From assembly GCA_020137815.1 (NCBI GenBank), contig CM035354.1, positions 4,650,001 to 4,714,000 of the forward strand: a stretch of DNA of 64,000 nt, read 5' to 3'. Of this stretch, positions 61,040 to 64,000 are shown in pieces (the stretch's first letter is position 1; each line of letters begins with the position of its first letter). The DNA is from Hormiphora californensis (Eukaryota; Animalia; Ctenophora). The notes beneath the pieces are model-generated. The model ran no database searches and was not told where the DNA came from. It saw nothing but the letters and a program-made list of their open reading frames with translations. Both the position numbers and the translations under genes were made by a program.

Positions 61040-61208
61040 TTGGGTTTTTGTGCATGTCTTTTACTGTGAGTGTTTTTTGTGTAAAATTTGTTATTCAGTT
61101 CTTTTCTTTTTAAAGTTGTCTCCTCTTTAACTGCCTTGTTATTGATATTTTAACCCCTGCCTGTATCTTCAACACTTCCATCTGTAACTCCTCAATTTCC
61201 ACTTCTAG

Positions 61209-62315
61209 ATGTTGCTGGCTCGGTCGTTGCGCCTGACCACCAACTACCATTTCATAAGATGCCTCCAAACACCTTCCTCCGAACTTCTTATTGATACTGC
61301 CGCTATATCTGATACTACCGCTATATCCGATACTGCCACTGTAGTGGGTTCCATAACCGATAGTGCTGCAGTCAGCACTCTGTCCGGGACCTCACCCCTT
61401 GGGGCTGTAGCTGAGATGTCAGGTGATGTGATAGCAGGTGTGACGACCCTCCCAACTGGAGGCGCTCTAAACATTGTCAATCACTACCAACACCTGTTGG
61501 ACATGGTCCAGACTACAACTGGGCTGCCCTGGTGGGCGGTACTCTTGGGGACTGGGGTCGCTCTCAGGACCAGTCTGTTACCGATTAAAGTCAGGGGTTT
61601 AAAGCAGTTCGTGAAGTGGGAACCATTCATCTCCAGACGTAATGAGATAGGGAAGGAGATAATTACGGCTGAGGATAAGGGTGATCAAGCGATGGCAATG
61701 GTTAAATGGAAGAAGCTGGAGTTGCTCGAAAAACAAAATAAGATGGCCTGGAAGGATAATCCTTTGACTTGGTGCGTGCCTAACGTCGCTGTTATAATAT
61801 TAAATTTCACCGCGATTGGAGGTCTCGCTGTGATGCCATACCAGCCCTTCCTGGACTGCTCACTTCTCTGGCTTCCCAACCTGACTGTCCCAGATCCAAC
61901 ATTCATCCTTCCCATTATGAACACTGCTTTGATTGGTTATAAATATATAAATATACATGTAGTTATGAAAATTGGTGTACACTTGAGGTACACCAAGGGA
62001 GCAGCCCGGAACCCCAAAGTGAAATGTGGTCTTGTCATGGTAACTGCAGTAATCCAGGCTCTCTTTCCCTCCGGTCTGGTATTCTACTGGTTTGCATCTA
62101 ATTTGGCTGAAGCCCTAATCATCGTGCCATTGTTGAGTAACGATGGATTCAGGAGAGCGGTGGGCCTGCCCACTATTATAGAGGAACGAGCTAAGATGAT
62201 GAAGAGCAGGCCTAATCTAAATGATCAAGCGAAGAAGGGGCTTAAGACGAGGAAGAAATTGGTGACGCGGCCACCCCCCCTACACAGGGGATCTCATCAC
62301 CAAAGGAAGAAATGA
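61209..62315 (+). CDS. OXA1L: Oxa1/YidC-family insertase, copy 2 (longer basic C-terminal tail)
   Basis: Intact 368-aa ORF; the first 122 codons are almost identical to copy 1. Confidence 0.85.
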   Translation: MLLARSLRLTTNYHFIRCLQTPSSELLIDTAAISDTTAISDTATVVGSITDSAAVSTLSGTSPLGAVAEMSGDVIAGVTTLPTGGALNIVNHYQHLLDMVQTTTGLPWWAVLLGTGVALRTSLLPIKVRGLKQFVKWEPFISRRNEIGKEIITAEDKGDQAMAMVKWKKLELLEKQNKMAWKDNPLTWCVPNVAVIILNFTAIGGLAVMPYQPFLDCSLLWLPNLTVPDPTFILPIMNTALIGYKYINIHVVMKIGVHLRYTKGAARNPKVKCGLVMVTAVIQALFPSGLVFYWFASNLAEALIIVPLLSNDGFRRAVGLPTIIEERAKMMKSRPNLNDQAKKGLKTRKKLVTRPPPLHRGSHHQRKK

Positions 62316-62584
62316 TAGTTTTGTCAAAAAAAGTCAAGTGGTGGGTCTCTCGCAATCACTGCGTAAGCCGGCGGTGCTTATCTCCGATTCAAGCTCTAAG
62401 CCACTCCGTACCGTGGTACTAAACTAACAGTATGGGGGCCAGCCCTACGTGCAGTTTTTATTAGATCTAATTTATTGCTTTTTTATGGAACGTTTTACTT
62501 TGAACATTTTGTTTTCTTCTGATTGTTAATACCTCTAACTCTCTTACCCCTAAATTCACTCCGTCGCCCCCCCCCCCCCTTATA

Positions 62585-63216
62585 CAGGGTGTTCATATGG
62601 GATCTTTACAAGCGTTGGGCTTCACCCAGAAAATATTTGACTAGATTAGGTCATGAAACTTCATACTTGGACTATTCTATACCCTCATTCAAGGTTCCTG
62701 GGGTTTTTGGAGCTCTAGCACCCCCGGAAGTGTGTTTTTGGCATCAAAACTACCAGAAGGAATTTTTTGCTGGTGCTGAGACTTTGCTAAAAAATTTTTA
62801 GGTATTTTCTATATTAATTCCAAAGTTTCATGATGATTGGATGTGTGGTTCAGTCACCAAGTTCCAAATAAACTGGCTGGAAAGGCCCAAAAACAGCAAA
62901 AATCGATATTTTAGAGTTTTTTAGACACTTTTTTCGAAATTTCTACTTCATAAACCACATCTAATCATCACGAAACTTTGGAAATGACATAGAAAATACC
63001 CAAAAAACATTCTAGCAAAGTCTCAGCGCCAGCAAAAATTCCTTCTGGTAGTTTTGATGCCAAAAACAGACTTCCGGGGGTGCTAGAGCTCCAAAACCCC
63101 CAGGAACCTTGCATGAGGGTATAGAATAGTCCAAGTATGAAGTTTCATGACCTAATCTTGTCAACTTTTTTCTGGGTGAAGCCCAACGCTTGTAAAGATC
63201 CCATAAGAACACCCTG
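62585..63216. mobile_element. Uninterrupted copy of the CAGGGTG foldback MITE
   Basis: TA-flanked, with inverted arms of about 260 bp. Confidence 0.88.
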
Positions 63217-63257
63217 TATACATCTAATTCTCCTATAATACCCCTAACTTCACTCCG

Positions 63258-63360
63258 GCTCCTGACCCGGACCCGAGCGGTGGATAACCAGGCTGTCAGG
63301 GAGGGGATTCCTACTTGGAAGCAGAAGAGAGATGATGTTTATAAACTTACTGAAGCTTAG
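63258..63360 (+). pseudogene. NIT2: Second NIT2 3' fragment with an internal deletion
   Basis: GTGGATAACCAGG is joined directly to CTGTCAGGGAGG. The deletion is bounded by CCAGG microhomology. Confidence 0.88.
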
Positions 63361-63529
63361 TTGGGTTTTTGTCCATGTCTTTTACTGTGAGTGTTTTTTG
63401 TGTAAAATTTGTTATTCAGTTCTTTTCTTTTTAAAGTTGTCTCCTCTTTAACTGCCTTGTTATTGATATTTTAACCCCTGCCTGTATCTTCAACACTTCC
63501 ATCTGTAACTCCTCAATTTCCACTTCTAG

Positions 63530-64000
63530 ATGTTGCTGGCTCGGTCGTTGCGCCTGACCACCAACTACCATTTCATAAGATGCCTCCAAACACCTTCCTC
63601 CGAACTTCTTATTGATACTGCCGCTATATCTGATACTACCGCTATATCCGATACTGCCACTGTAGTGGGTTCCATAACCGATAGTGCTGCAGTCAGCACT
63701 CTGTCCGGGACCTCACCCCTTGGGGCTGTAGCTGAGATGTCAGGTGATGTGATAGCAGGTGTGACGACTCTCCCAACTGGAGGCGCTCTAAACATTGTCA
63801 ATCACTACCAACACCTGTTGGACATGGTCCAGACTACAACTGGGCTGCCCTGGTGGGCGGTACTCTTGGGGACTGGGGTCGCTCTCAGGACCAGCCTGAT
63901 AGCGTTTAATGTCGGGTATGATAAGCAGTACATGAAGTGGGTTCCACACATCCCCAGACAGAGTGAGATATCTGAGGAGATGATGAAGGCTAAGGCTAAG
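63530..64000 (+). CDS. OXA1L: Oxa1/YidC-family insertase, copy 3, truncated by the window end
   Basis: Same N-terminus as copies 1 and 2, and open to the end of the window (...RTSLIAFNVGYDKQYMKWVPHIPRQSEISEEMMKAKAK). Confidence 0.82.
   Translation, partial: MLLARSLRLTTNYHFIRCLQTPSSELLIDTAAISDTTAISDTATVVGSITDSAAVSTLSGTSPLGAVAEMSGDVIAGVTTLPTGGALNIVNHYQHLLDMVQTTTGLPWWAVLLGTGVALRTSLIAFNVGYDKQYMKWVPHIPRQSEISEEMMKAKAK

Overview
Gene-dense, intron-containing animal DNA. It is most likely from a ctenophore such as Pleurobrachia; this is an inference from repeat content and gene architecture, not a proven assignment. Recognisable genes from left to right are: ATP8B-like P4-ATPase (-, runs off the left edge), SQSTM1/p62, JTB and ALDH18A1/P5CS (+); DNAJC13/RME-8 (-, with a single-exon SRCR gene nested in an intron on the same strand); PRIM2, BLOC1S4-like, POLR3B, PRPSAP and ENSA/ARPP19 (-); NIT2 and a tandem array of at least three OXA1-like genes (+). 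Mobile DNA comprises one 5'-truncated APE-RT LINE, two ORF1-only retroelements and many hairpin/foldback MITEs. The most striking observations are: (1) OXA1-like paralogs that are almost identical except for a block in which every differing codon is non-synonymous; (2) a non-autonomous Transib/RAG-like element with CACAGTG ends, a 5-bp TSD and an exact 11-bp (12/23-like) end asymmetry; (3) intronic minisatellites built from copies of the adjacent splice junction; (4) ORF1-only retroelements; (5) operon-like same-strand gene runs with acceptor-like AGs just before the start codons. Several regions show single-base indels or garbling typical of consensus error (1-730, about 14920, 29100-29620, 38420-38860, 49020-49200). 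Exon coordinates were read by eye and may be off by a few bases.
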